From an uncultured virus (IMG/VR IMGVR_UViG_2814123274_000001) (lineage: Duplodnaviria > Heunggongvirae > Uroviricota > Caudoviricetes), in the IMG/VR virus record IMGVR_UViG_2814123274_000001: a DNA stretch of 64,000 nt; one strand, 5' to 3'. The translations under genes and the position numbers were made by a program. Below, piece by piece: positions 8,668 through 19,400 of the stretch. The notes under the pieces were generated by a model. It worked only from the letters and a program-made list of their open reading frames with translations, was not told the origin of the DNA and did no database searches. How positions within the stretch are numbered: position 1 is the stretch's first letter; every line of letters starts with the position of its first letter.

Positions 8668-9975
8668 TTACTGAATAGCCCCGTTGCCGGACAGCTCGAA
8701 CCGGATAAGATGGACCGTCAGATCCATCGCCGGGTCGGTGTCGCAGGTAAACACGAGAAAGCCGGAGGCGGTGATGTCCTTCGGCTGTACGTTGCAGTCG
8801 ATGAACTCCTCCTTGCAGGCCTCCTCGGCGCTGAGAAAATACTTGTGGGTCGCCAGGGCCAAAAGCCGGCTGTCGGCAAGGGTGACGCTCCCGTCCTTCC
8901 ACCCGTTCTTGGGGATGACCAGGTCAAAGGAGATGCCCAGCACGTCCCCCGCGCCCGTTCCATTCAGACCGTTGTAGACCGAGATGTTGTACGAGGACCC
9001 GTCTGTCAGATGCACGGTGTAAACGTCTGTGCTGCCGGGGGAGTGGTCGCCCTCGGTCATCTGGATGTCGTCGATGCCCACGCCAATGGGCCCCCGCAGC
9101 TCACAGCTGATTTTTGTGTCGTAGTATGTGCCCGTTTCCGCGTCCCAGATCCACCAGGTTCCATTTTGAGGCTTGGGCGGTTTCCCACTGTACTGTTCTG
9201 CCCTGGAAGCGCTCTCCGCGGCGTTTCCGGCGCTCTCTGCGGCGGCGGTCTTGGCCTGTTCCGCGGCCAGTTTGGCATTTTCGGCGTCCTCTTTGGCCTG
9301 CGCAGCGGAGAGGGCGTCATCCTCGGCGCTCTCTTTAGCGGCTTGAGCCTCGCCGCTTGCGGCCTCCGCGGCATCCTTAGCCCCCAGCGCGACGGTTTCC
9401 GACTCCTTGGCGTTGGTCTCGCTGAGCTTGGCTGCCGCCTTTGCCTTCTCGGCGGCCTCTTTGGCGGCTTGAGCAGCCTTCGCATCTGCCGCTGCCTGGC
9501 CGCCCAGCGCTTCTACCTCATTCCTGACGTTTTTGGCCCGATCCTCAGCGGCTTTTGCCTCGGACGCGCTCAGAGCGGCGGCATTCCTGGATTCTTCCGC
9601 CTCCCGGGCCTTCTGGATCGCTGCCTCCGCCGAATCAGCCGCATTGGTCTCCGACTCCTTGGCGCGGCTTGCCGCATCGATGGCATTGTCAGAATACTGT
9701 CCCGCCTGGGTCTCAGAGGCCTTGGCCCGTTCCTCGGACGTTTGGGCGTCTTTGGCGGAGTCCTTGGCCTCCTCCGCCTTTTGAGCGGCGGTGGCCGCCT
9801 CACTCTTGGCTTTCTCGGCGGAGGCGGCGGCAGAGTCCTTGGCCGTGGCCGCAAACTCCATCGCGCTGGAGGACTCCTGGTTCATAGCGGCCAGGGCGTC
9901 GTGGATGGACCCGCGCACCTCCTCGCCATAGATAGCCTCCAGTATTTTCTTTAGATAACTGCTGATGTCGGCCAA
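8668..9975 (-). CDS. Ala-rich coiled-coil tail fibre protein
   Basis: N-terminal ILEAIYGEEVRGSIHDAL, long A/E/K/S repeats (AKASETNA-like), then NGTWWIWD. Confidence 0.7.
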   Translation of the reverse strand: MADISSYLKKILEAIYGEEVRGSIHDALAAMNQESSSAMEFAATAKDSAAASAEKAKSEAATAAQKAEEAKDSAKDAQTSEERAKASETQAGQYSDNAIDAASRAKESETNAADSAEAAIQKAREAEESRNAAALSASEAKAAEDRAKNVRNEVEALGGQAAADAKAAQAAKEAAEKAKAAAKLSETNAKESETVALGAKDAAEAASGEAQAAKESAEDDALSAAQAKEDAENAKLAAEQAKTAAAESAGNAAESASRAEQYSGKPPKPQNGTWWIWDAETGTYYDTKISCELRGPIGVGIDDIQMTEGDHSPGSTDVYTVHLTDGSSYNISVYNGLNGTGAGDVLGISFDLVIPKNGWKDGSVTLADSRLLALATHKYFLSAEEACKEEFIDCNVQPKDITASGFLVFTCDTDPAMDLTVHLIRFELSGNGAIQ

Positions 9976-9991
9976 ATCAACTCACCCCTTC

Positions 9992-10363
9992 CTAATCCTC
10001 CAGCATCCAGTCGATTGCCAGAATCTCTTCCCCCGACAAATTTCCAACGGCGTCGTCATACTTCGCCATCATCAGCTCCACCTCATGCTCCATTTCATTG
10101 AACGGGGCCAGCTCGTCGCAGAACTGCTGGAAGTTGGGGGAATCCATTTTGAGCGTATAGGTCGGCGCGCCCCGCTCGTCCTTTCCCTTCTCGCCGTACT
10201 TTTCGATCAGGCTTAAGCGAATCGTGTCAAACTCCACGATGGAATTGGAGAGAAAGCGGTAATTCCGGGCCGCCACATATCCGATCTTGTCCCGCCGGGC
10301 AAGCAGGGGCTTGAGCGACTTCAGATATACGAGCACTTCTGAATTTTTCAATTTTTTCTTCAT
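9992..10363 (-). CDS. Hypothetical phage protein
   Basis: AGGAG RBS before ATG 10363 (MKKKLKNSEV). Confidence 0.65.
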   Translation of the reverse strand: MKKKLKNSEVLVYLKSLKPLLARRDKIGYVAARNYRFLSNSIVEFDTIRLSLIEKYGEKGKDERGAPTYTLKMDSPNFQQFCDELAPFNEMEHEVELMMAKYDDAVGNLSGEEILAIDWMLED

Positions 10364-10370
10364 AACGGCA

Positions 10371-12638
10371 TTATTCTCCTGTTCCAAAATCCAGACCTCG
10401 GACGGTCGCGCCGCTGAAATCCACATGCCCCTCAAAGAAAACGACACCGCCGCTGCCCCGGTTGCCAATCGTGATATAGCCGCCGCAGGGGCTGTAAATG
10501 TCGATGTAGGGGGCGTCCCCCTCGTAATACTCGATGGCCAGCATGTGGAACCGGCTGTTCCCATAGGGACCGTAGAGGTTGAAGCTCCCAAAGTCGCTCC
10601 CGGCGATGATGTTGAATTCCTCGCCGTAGAACTCTCCGCCTTCAATGACCGGGGAACGGATCGTGGTCTGGTCAATATAGGTACTCTTGATGTAGCCGGG
10701 CATCTCAATGGAGTCCGCCAGCTTGTACGCCCGGTCGGCCCGGGAGTACGCGTCGTCGGCGTAGTCATAGGCCTCGTCCGCCAGATTATAGGCGTCGTTG
10801 GCCATGGAATAGGCCGGATTGGAATTGATGTTCTGGTTGCTTACCTGGGCCCAGTTGATGCTGCTCCCGGCTCCCATGGTCACGCTGCCGTTGATGGTGA
10901 CAAGACCGTTGGAGCTCACGGCGAACGTCACCGCTCCCGTGCTCTTGTTGCTCACGGTCAGGCCGTAAAGGTCCAGATAATCCGCCTTGAACTTGTCGCC
11001 CGTCAGCATGCTGTTTCCATAGGGGTCCAGAAAATCCTCCGCCTGTACCACGCCTCCGAAGGAGCCCTTGGCGGCTACCAGCGTTCCGGCAAAGGTGCCC
11101 CGCCGCGCAGTCAGATTCCCCTGCTCGTCCACGATAAAATTTCCGCCGATATTGATGGAGCCTTTCTTCATGGTCAGCGTACCCGTTTTCATATCCAGGG
11201 AAAAGTTCCCGCTGACGTCCTTGAGCACGCCTGCCCGGATCACATCGGCATTGAGCACGCCCGTATTGACGTAGTCAGCCACGATGGACCCGTCCATGGT
11301 CATGGCCAGCCCAAAGGTCTTGCCTCCATCATTGGAGTACCCCAGGCCGTTCATGTTCCACTTCCACAGCTTGTCCGCCTTGGTGTAGTCCCGCACGTTG
11401 GAGATATAGAGCGTATCCGAGCCATACTCGTCCCGGGTGATGGTGATGTAGCCCGTGGTGGCCATGTTGATGATCTCGGTGGCGTTTTCCTTGGCCTCCT
11501 TGAGAATGGAATGGGCCTTGGGAAGCCCCTCGATCTTCTCCAGCACCGCGGCGTTGGTCTGATTGTTCACGCTGGTCAGGCTGACCTGTACCGAATCCCC
11601 CATTTTGAACTGGGTGTTCTCCGGGTGATCCAATGGGATCTCCAGCTTGGTCACCGGGAACATCCGGTCCAGGCCATGAGGGCGGGAGATGACCCGGATC
11701 TCGTCCAGCAGCTTGACCGCCTCTGTGTTTACGTCCAGATAGTGCAGATCCAGCGCGCTCAGCTCTAGCTCCAGGTTGTCGAACTGGAGGTCTGCCAGAT
11801 ACTCCCTGGCCTTTTCCAGAAGCGCCTCCGGGTCGCTCACATCGTCCCAGCTGACTGTCTTGGCGATCCAGCCGTAGTGCTTCACCGCCTCGTCCGACTG
11901 GACATAGAGGCTGCCGCCGTTCACGCTCTCCACCGTCAGGTAGGCGTCCAGCGCCTCGATGGGGCTGTCATCCAGCCGGCTGCCCAGCGGGATAATGGCG
12001 GTGGCATACTCCGTGGAATCCCAGTTGCGGGTGAAGTCGATGAGATTGGACCCAAACTGGATGACCTGGCTGCAAGTGTCGGGGTACTCCTTCAGGTAAT
12101 CCAGATACCGCACCCCATCCGCCTTCCGGACCCGGAGATGGCCTCCATAGGTTTCCACCAGAGCGTTGAGCAGCTCCATCGTCTTCTCGTAATTGGTGTA
12201 GTAGGTGGGGAAGTTCTCATCCACCACCGTCACCGCGCCGATGGCAAATTGCCGGTTGGCGCCGACTTTGGAGTTGTGAACGGCAATCAGCTGCTCCAGA
12301 TACTCCCGGATCGATTTTCCGGCATACTCCGCCGGAGGCTGAACGGAATCGTTGAAAAACGCCAGTTCTCCCTCGCAATAGAGCACCCGGTTGTTCCAGA
12401 AGTCCTTGCTCTCCGAAAGCGCCCGCCCCGCCCAAATCTCCTCTCCGTTTTTCTTCACGGAAATATCCGTGACCATGCGGACAATGGTGTCGTAGGCCTT
12501 GTTGGTGTGGGGGAGGGCCATCTCCAGCGCCCCGGCCGCGCTGTCCTCCAGCGTCAGCTTAGGGTTGACCGCCTTCATGTCATCCAGCGAGAACACATCA
12601 TTGTAGATGCACACGCCGTCCGCGTAAATGCTATACAT
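10371..12638 (-). CDS. Tail-associated baseplate hub/spike protein (Tal-like)
   Basis: Follows the Dit-like gene; CEGELAFFNDS, QVIQFGSNLIDF, WKWNMNGLGYS..G, AMTMDGSIVAD motifs of Bacillota phage tail proteins. Confidence 0.8.
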   Translation of the reverse strand: MYSIYADGVCIYNDVFSLDDMKAVNPKLTLEDSAAGALEMALPHTNKAYDTIVRMVTDISVKKNGEEIWAGRALSESKDFWNNRVLYCEGELAFFNDSVQPPAEYAGKSIREYLEQLIAVHNSKVGANRQFAIGAVTVVDENFPTYYTNYEKTMELLNALVETYGGHLRVRKADGVRYLDYLKEYPDTCSQVIQFGSNLIDFTRNWDSTEYATAIIPLGSRLDDSPIEALDAYLTVESVNGGSLYVQSDEAVKHYGWIAKTVSWDDVSDPEALLEKAREYLADLQFDNLELELSALDLHYLDVNTEAVKLLDEIRVISRPHGLDRMFPVTKLEIPLDHPENTQFKMGDSVQVSLTSVNNQTNAAVLEKIEGLPKAHSILKEAKENATEIINMATTGYITITRDEYGSDTLYISNVRDYTKADKLWKWNMNGLGYSNDGGKTFGLAMTMDGSIVADYVNTGVLNADVIRAGVLKDVSGNFSLDMKTGTLTMKKGSINIGGNFIVDEQGNLTARRGTFAGTLVAAKGSFGGVVQAEDFLDPYGNSMLTGDKFKADYLDLYGLTVSNKSTGAVTFAVSSNGLVTINGSVTMGAGSSINWAQVSNQNINSNPAYSMANDAYNLADEAYDYADDAYSRADRAYKLADSIEMPGYIKSTYIDQTTIRSPVIEGGEFYGEEFNIIAGSDFGSFNLYGPYGNSRFHMLAIEYYEGDAPYIDIYSPCGGYITIGNRGSGGVVFFEGHVDFSGATVRGLDFGTGE

Positions 12639-12641
12639 CCC

Positions 12642-13403
12642 TCACAGCCTCCCCACTCTGAAATCCACCGAGACCGTGCCCGTGCCGGTGTCGCACCACA
12701 GCTCCAATGTGGCTCCCTGGCCGCCGAAGAACACAAACTCCGGGAACTGGATGGTGCCGTCGGTGAGCAGCTTTGTCTCATCCAGCCCCAGCGTTGGGTT
12801 GACAAACCGGATGTGTACGCCCCTCTGGTCTGAGCTGGTCACAAAGAACTGCGGACACACCGGGGCCCGCCCAAAGAGCGCGGCCTCCAGCCGGATGGTC
12901 CTCTTTTCATCGGTCACGGCGATGTCCTTAAACAGAGCCGGCCGGATCACGCCATTTTGAAAGTTGAAGGGGTCCCACAGCCAGTCGTCTGTGGAGGACA
13001 GAACCGACCACTTGTAGGGCCCCACGTCATAGTCGATGGTGATGCGCGACCAGTCCTTTTCCGACTTCCAGGCGTTGACCACGAACCGCCCCTCGTAAAA
13101 ATACTCCGGGTCATCCTCCAAAATCGCCCGCAACTTCTGGCCGTGCAGATAGTCCATGATGTCGGAATAGGCCATGTGCCAGGGCTTAAAGTCATTCATC
13201 ACGATAAACTCAATGGAGCCCGTCCGGTTCTGATACACCGGATACCCGGTGAGAGACTGGGATAAATCGATCACCCCGTCCCCACCGGGTATTTCCAGCG
13301 TCTTTACCTTTTGGGCCGGAGGATTGAACACGGGGCGGGAGGCGGGAACCAGCCGCCAGTCGTCCCAGGTGTTTTTATCCCCAAAGGTAACCGAATGGTA
13401 CAA
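12642..13403 (-). CDS. Distal tail protein (Dit-like)
   Basis: Directly after tape measure; NTWDDW.L, EIPGGDGVIDLS, DDPEYFYEGR motifs. Confidence 0.8.
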   Translation of the reverse strand: MYHSVTFGDKNTWDDWRLVPASRPVFNPPAQKVKTLEIPGGDGVIDLSQSLTGYPVYQNRTGSIEFIVMNDFKPWHMAYSDIMDYLHGQKLRAILEDDPEYFYEGRFVVNAWKSEKDWSRITIDYDVGPYKWSVLSSTDDWLWDPFNFQNGVIRPALFKDIAVTDEKRTIRLEAALFGRAPVCPQFFVTSSDQRGVHIRFVNPTLGLDETKLLTDGTIQFPEFVFFGGQGATLELWCDTGTGTVSVDFRVGRL

Positions 13404-13405
13404 GC

Positions 13406-16400
13406 TTAGTTCCCCCTTCCTCTGCGAGTGACCCTCTGCCCGAGGGCGTTGTCCATGGGTCCTGCCATCTCGCCCACCAGCGTGCCGGTATCCAGGACCA
13501 CACGCATCCGTTCCATTCGCTCCGTCATTTCTGCCATTTCACTCCGAAGGGCGCGGAGCTCCTCCACAATGTCGCCGTTGTCCACGTTGACCACCGTTCC
13601 GCCGCTTCGGCCGGACTCGGAAAAGGCCAGGCTGGCCTGCCCCGCAAGGCCGATGGTCCGCTGGGGATAGAACAGGCTGTTCAGCTCGTCCGCCCCGCGC
13701 ATTACGTCGGAGAGGTCGAGGACCGGCCGGATCGTAGGCTGAGCATCCATATCCCCGCTGAGCAGCTCGGCCGTGATGGACATGGCGTTGGAAAGGCCGT
13801 CTGCGGCGTACTCCGCCACATTCGCCCCCGCGGCGTAGGACTTCTTCGCGTAGTCTGCCAGTCCCGTCACAAAGCCAAGCCCCGTAAAGTTACCTAGCTC
13901 CCGGAAGACCCGAGAGGGAGAATTGATCTTCAGCGTGCTCTTGACCGCCTCTACACCGGCCAGCGCCATGCTGGTCAGTTCATCGAGAAAGGCGGATTTC
14001 GACAGGGAGACGCCCTCCGCAAGACCGGCGGGGATCTGCTGTCCCGTCTCGGTCCATCCGGCTTCCTTCAGGATCTTCGTGGCCGCCTCGGTCATTTCCC
14101 GCATCTCGGCCTCGGTGTCCTTCTTGATCAAGCCCACGTTTTCCGCGAACTCCTGCCGGAGCGACGCCAGTTGATTGGCTGTGTCCTCTTCCAACTGGGA
14201 CAATTCCTCCTGCCAGGTAATGCGGTATTCCTCCAACTCCGCTTCCGCGTCGGCCCGCAGCTGAGCGATCTGCTCCTGGGTTTCCACGCGGAGGCCTTCC
14301 AGCTCCGAGGTGGCCTGTTCCCGGGCCTGAGCGTGCTTGACGGACCAGAGGGAGACGTACTTCTCCAGCTCGTCGTCGCTCATGGAGTTCAGCGCCCGGA
14401 TCTCTTCGATGGCGGACGGCCCCATCTCCTGGAGTTCGGAAATCAGGTCCGCGTCAACCCCCCTGGCGGAGAGCTGGCCCAGAATATCCTGCCATTCGCC
14501 GAACTCCTGCACCTGCCCCTCCAGATTCTTCATCAGGGTATCGCTGCTGACGGCCTCCTTCTTTGTAACTTCATCGAAAAGGCCGTAGGACTGGTAGAGA
14601 CTGTTGGTGCGGGATTCCACCGCGTTCTGATACTGGTCGTTCAGCGACTGAATATCCCGTTCCAGCTGCTCATTGACAGAGCGAACCTTGTCGGCATACT
14701 CCTGCTCCAGCTGGATGCGCTTCTGGTTGGCGGACTCCTGAACGCTCTGGACGTCGGCGATATACTGCTTCTGGGCCTCATAGATCTCCTGTTCCAGCTG
14801 ATAGACCTTCAGGTCCATCTCCTCGCGCTCTTTGCTGCCCGCCGCATACCGGCTCCGAACACGCTTATAGGCGGCCAGCTCGTCTGCCAGGCTCATTCGG
14901 CCGTAGTTCTTCTCCTTCTCGATCCAGTCCATGGAGTTCTGATAGGACTCGTCCACAAGCTGGTTGCGAAGGGTATAGACCTCCCGGTCGATCTTCTTGC
15001 GTTCCTCGCTGCCCTCCATATACCGGGACTGCATCCGCTCATAGGCGGCCAGTTCCTCCTCGGTGCTCAGCCGGTTGTAGTATTTCTCCTCCTCGATCCA
15101 GTCGAGGGAAGCCTGATAGGTGGACGCCACCAGTTCATTTTGAAGCTGATAGACCTCCCGGTCGATCTGCTTCCGCTCCTCGGAACCGGCTTTGTACCGC
15201 TTCTGAAGGTTTTCCCATCCGGCCAGCTGGTCTTTCAAACTCAGCTCGTCGTAATAGGTCTTCTCGTCCACCCAGTCCTTCCAGGCGTCGATGCCTTTGT
15301 TGCTGACGGCGATGACCTCGCCGATCATGTCGGAAGTGGCCTGGGCGGCCGGGACGATGCTGTTGTCGACGCCGATGGCCAGGCCCTCACCGATGTTCTC
15401 GCCCAGATAGATGAACTCCCGGGAGGGAGAATGGCTGTCCAGGGCCTTTTTCGCCGCGTTCAGCGCGGCAAGGCCCAGACTGCGGCCCGCGGAACTGGAG
15501 GCGCTGAACTTAGAGTGGACGCCTTTGACAAAGCCCTGTCCAGCATTTTCACCGGCAGTCTCAAACTCGGGTTTCATGCTGTTGATTTGGGATACGGCCG
15601 CAGATGCCACCGTCCCCGCTGCCGTTTTTACGGCGCCGGAAGATGATAGGATCGAAACGGTGAGGTTCCGCATCATGCCGTCAACCGCGTTTTCAATCAC
15701 AACGACCTTTTTATCCACGATGCCTGCCATCGACTCCACAAGCATCTCCATGGCGGAGCTTGCCACCAGGATGTTCGACGTGATGGAACCGCGGACGGAG
15801 GTCAGCATACTGACCACGGCGCTGTTTACGGTGCCGCCGCAGTTGTAGAAGGCGTCGGTGAATCCGGAAATCCCGGCGTCGCCCATCTTCTTCATACTGT
15901 CGGCGAATTTGGTCAGGCCGCTGGTGTTGACGCCGTTTACCCCTTCCGCCAGCTCGATCAGATCCCAGACCTGGGTGATGACGTCGGACAACTTGCCGAG
16001 GTCAATACCGGAAATCTCATTGTAGTAATCCTTCATGGAGGCGCCGAATTTGGAAATATCCGCGCCAAAGGACGCCAGCGTCTGATCCCCGCCGAACCAC
16101 TGGTCGAACAGACTGCTGTCCGGAAGGTCGGTCGCCAGATTGGAAAGCGCGCTCGCAGCGTTGGCCGAGGCCGTTACCGCTTCCGGCTTCACATCCTTGA
16201 TGGCCGCCGCATAGGCGGCCAGATCTGCGCCGAAGGACGTGAGGTCGTCTCCAAAGGCAGTCAGATCGGTTCCTCCCGTAAAGAAGGAGAGCAGCCCGCC
16301 CGTATTGGGTAAGGTATTCGCCAGTTCCACCAGCGCCTGACCGGCGGAGGCGGAAGTTTCCACGGCAGTGGGATTGATGTCGGCCACAGCGTCGCTGTAA

Positions 16401-19400
16401 GACTTCATGGCCGCGCCGAAGGGGATGATCCCGGCGGCAAAGGCGGCCAGATCATGGCTTCCATTGAAAAACTCCATGACTCCGCCCGCCAGGGGAAGGG
16501 ATTCTTGCAGCCTTGCCAGGGACTGGGCCGCCACTGCCGAGGCGGTGATAGCCCCGGTGTTGATGTCCGCCACGGCGTCTCCGTAGGACTTCATAGCCGC
16601 GCCGAAGGGGACAATGCCCGCGGCAAAGGTGCCAAGGTCGTTGCTGCCATCAAAGAAGGTCATCACACCGCCCACATTGGGCAGGTCGGTCTGAAGCTGG
16701 GCCAGGGACTGGGCGGCAACCGCAGAAGCCGTGATCGCCTCGGCGTTGATGCCGGCCACGGCGTCGCCATAGGATTTCATGGCCGCGCCAAAGGGCACAA
16801 TGCCCTCCGAGAATGTACCGAGACCATTTCCTCCCGTGAAGAACTCCATGACCCCGCCAACCTGCGGCAAAGCGGCCTGAAGTTTTGCCAACGACTGGGC
16901 GGCGATTCCAGATGCCTCCACGGCGTCGGCGTTGATACCGGCCACAGCCTCTCCATAGGACTTCATGGCCTCACCAAAGGGGATCACGCCCTCGGAGAAT
17001 GTTTCAAGGTCGTTCCCGCCGGTGAAAAACTCCATGATGCCGCCCACGTTGGGCAGAGATGCTTGCAGCTCTGCCAGGGCTTGAGCCGCCACAGCCGAGG
17101 CGGAGACCGCGCCGGCGTCAATGCCGGAAACAGCGCCGCCATAGGCTTTCATAGCCAAGCCAAAGGAAAGAACTCCATCCGCAAAGGCCCCAAGGTCGTT
17201 TCCGCCGGTGAAGAATTCCAGCACTCCGCCCACATGGGGAAGAGACGCCTGAAGCGCGGAGAGGGCCTGGGCTACGGTAATGGAGGCGGAAACAGCGCCC
17301 GCGTCCAACCCGGTCACGGAATCGGCATAGGCTTTCATCCCTTCTCCGAAGGGGAGCAAACCGTTTGCGAAGGTCTCCAAGTCGTTGCCTCCGGTGAAGA
17401 AGTCCACCACCCCGCCGATATTGGGGAGGGAGGCTTGCAGCTCTGCCAGCGCCTTTGCCGCAGTGGCGGAAGCGGTGACCGCATCGCCGTCTATGCCGGT
17501 CACGCTGTCGGAATAAGCCTTCATCGCCTCTCCAAAGGGGACCAACTGATCGCCAAAGGTCTCCAAATCGTTGTCGCCCGTGAAGAATGCGACCAAACCT
17601 CCGGTATTCGGAATGGTGTTTGCCAGCTCCACCAGAGTTTTTCCGGCAATGGCCGAGTTTTCAACCGCATCGCCGTCCAAACCGCTGACCGATTTTGAAT
17701 AATTCTTCATGGAGACGCCAAAGGAGGCAAGCTGCGCTCCGAAGGTCGCCATATCGTTGTCGCCGGCAAAGAATGCGACAGCGCCTCCCGTGTTCGGGAG
17801 GGTAGCCGCCAGCTCCGCCATGGCCTGCCCGGCGATGGCTGAGTTCTTAACCGCGTCCACATCCAGTCCGGTCACCGCGTCAGAGTAGGCTTTGATGGCC
17901 TCCCCAAAGGGCACCAGCTGGTCACCAAACGCGCTCATATCGTTGTCACCGGCAAAGAAAGCCACGGCTCCGCCTGTATTGGGCAGAGTCGCTGCCATTT
18001 CCGCCATGGCCTTCCCCGCGATGGCGGCATTGTTTACCGCGTCGGCGTCCAGCCCTTTAATGCTTGCGGCAAACCGCATCATGGACCCGCCGAAACCAAC
18101 CAGCTGGTTTCCAAACTCGCCCATGTCATTTTCGCCGGTGAAGAACCCCGCGATGCCGCCGCGGTTCGGCAGGGTCGCCGCCATCTCGGCCAGTGTCTTG
18201 CCGGCAATCGCGGCCGTGCTGACCAAATTGCCGTCAAGGCCGGCGATGCTGTTGGAAAATTTCATCATCGCCTCACCGAAGGGGACAAGCTCCCCGGCAA
18301 AAGCGGACAGGGAAGACCCGCCCGTCAGCCAGGAGGTCAATCCTTCCAGCAGATCAGCGGCAGTAATCAGCAAAATCGCCTCGGTAAGCGCCTTTACACC
18401 GTCCAGCATGGCGGCGTCAATGCCACGGGCTCCATCGATAAACGGCTGCACGTTAGTCATGAACGCCGCGAGATCGGCGCCGATCTGCGGGAACGATCCG
18501 GATATACCGCTCATAAACCCGCCGACAATACCGCCGATAAATCCGCCAATGGCGTTTCCGATGGTTTGCAGCAGCTTGCCGCCTTCCCCAATCAGCCAGT
18601 CGAGGCCCGGAATCTGCGCCAGGCCTCCAATGGCCGCCAGAACAACGGCAAGTTCCGCCATAACAACGCCCAGGCCAAGCACACCCACCATTGCGGAGGG
18701 AATCAGCCCGGCCAACGCGCCGAGGGCCACCATAATGCCGCTGAGAAGCCCGATCCCGGCGACGCCTTTCAGAAGGGCGTCAGTGTCGATGCTCCCCAAG
18801 GCGGATACGATTCCGGAGAAGAAGGACATCAGCAAATTGACCACCGACTGGATCAGCGTCGGCAGATTGCGCGCCAAGCCGTCGATGACTTCGATTAGGA
18901 ACTGCATGATGGAATCCACGATCTGCGGCGTATAGGCTGCCAGCGCCGCAAGGACTCCGGCGATCAGCTCCAAAGCCCCGTTGGCAATCGCGGGCACACA
19001 CTCCACCAAGACATCCACCAGGGTGAGCACCAGCGCTTTGACCGCGTTTCCAATCGCCGGGGCGCCATTGGCGATGACCCCGGCAAAGGCGACGACCGCC
19101 TCTCCCAGCTGCTGGGCGATGGCGGGAATCAATGCGGCGATGCCTGTGATGATGGAGGTCAAGCCCGCCACAATAATGGTCACGCCTGCGCCGAGGGAGG
19201 TGGCCAGGCCCGTGATGCCGACCGCGATAGCGGTCAATCCGGTCCCCACCAGGAGCAGCCCCGCCCCAAGGCCGGCAATGCCGATGCCAATCAAAGCAAA
19301 CGCGCCGCCCAGCCCGAGAATGGTGGGGAGCAGCGGCGTAAGAAGCGCGCCGGCCGTCCCAATCACCGTAAAGGCTCCGGCAACGCTAATCAGCCCCTTG

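Noticed and set aside
3998..18935. Long plus-strand ORFs (3998..6466, 7146..8678, 8638..9954, 10287..11768, 14171..15646, 16454..17698 and others)
   Set aside because: Antisense shadows of GC-rich genes; no recognisable motifs or RBS.
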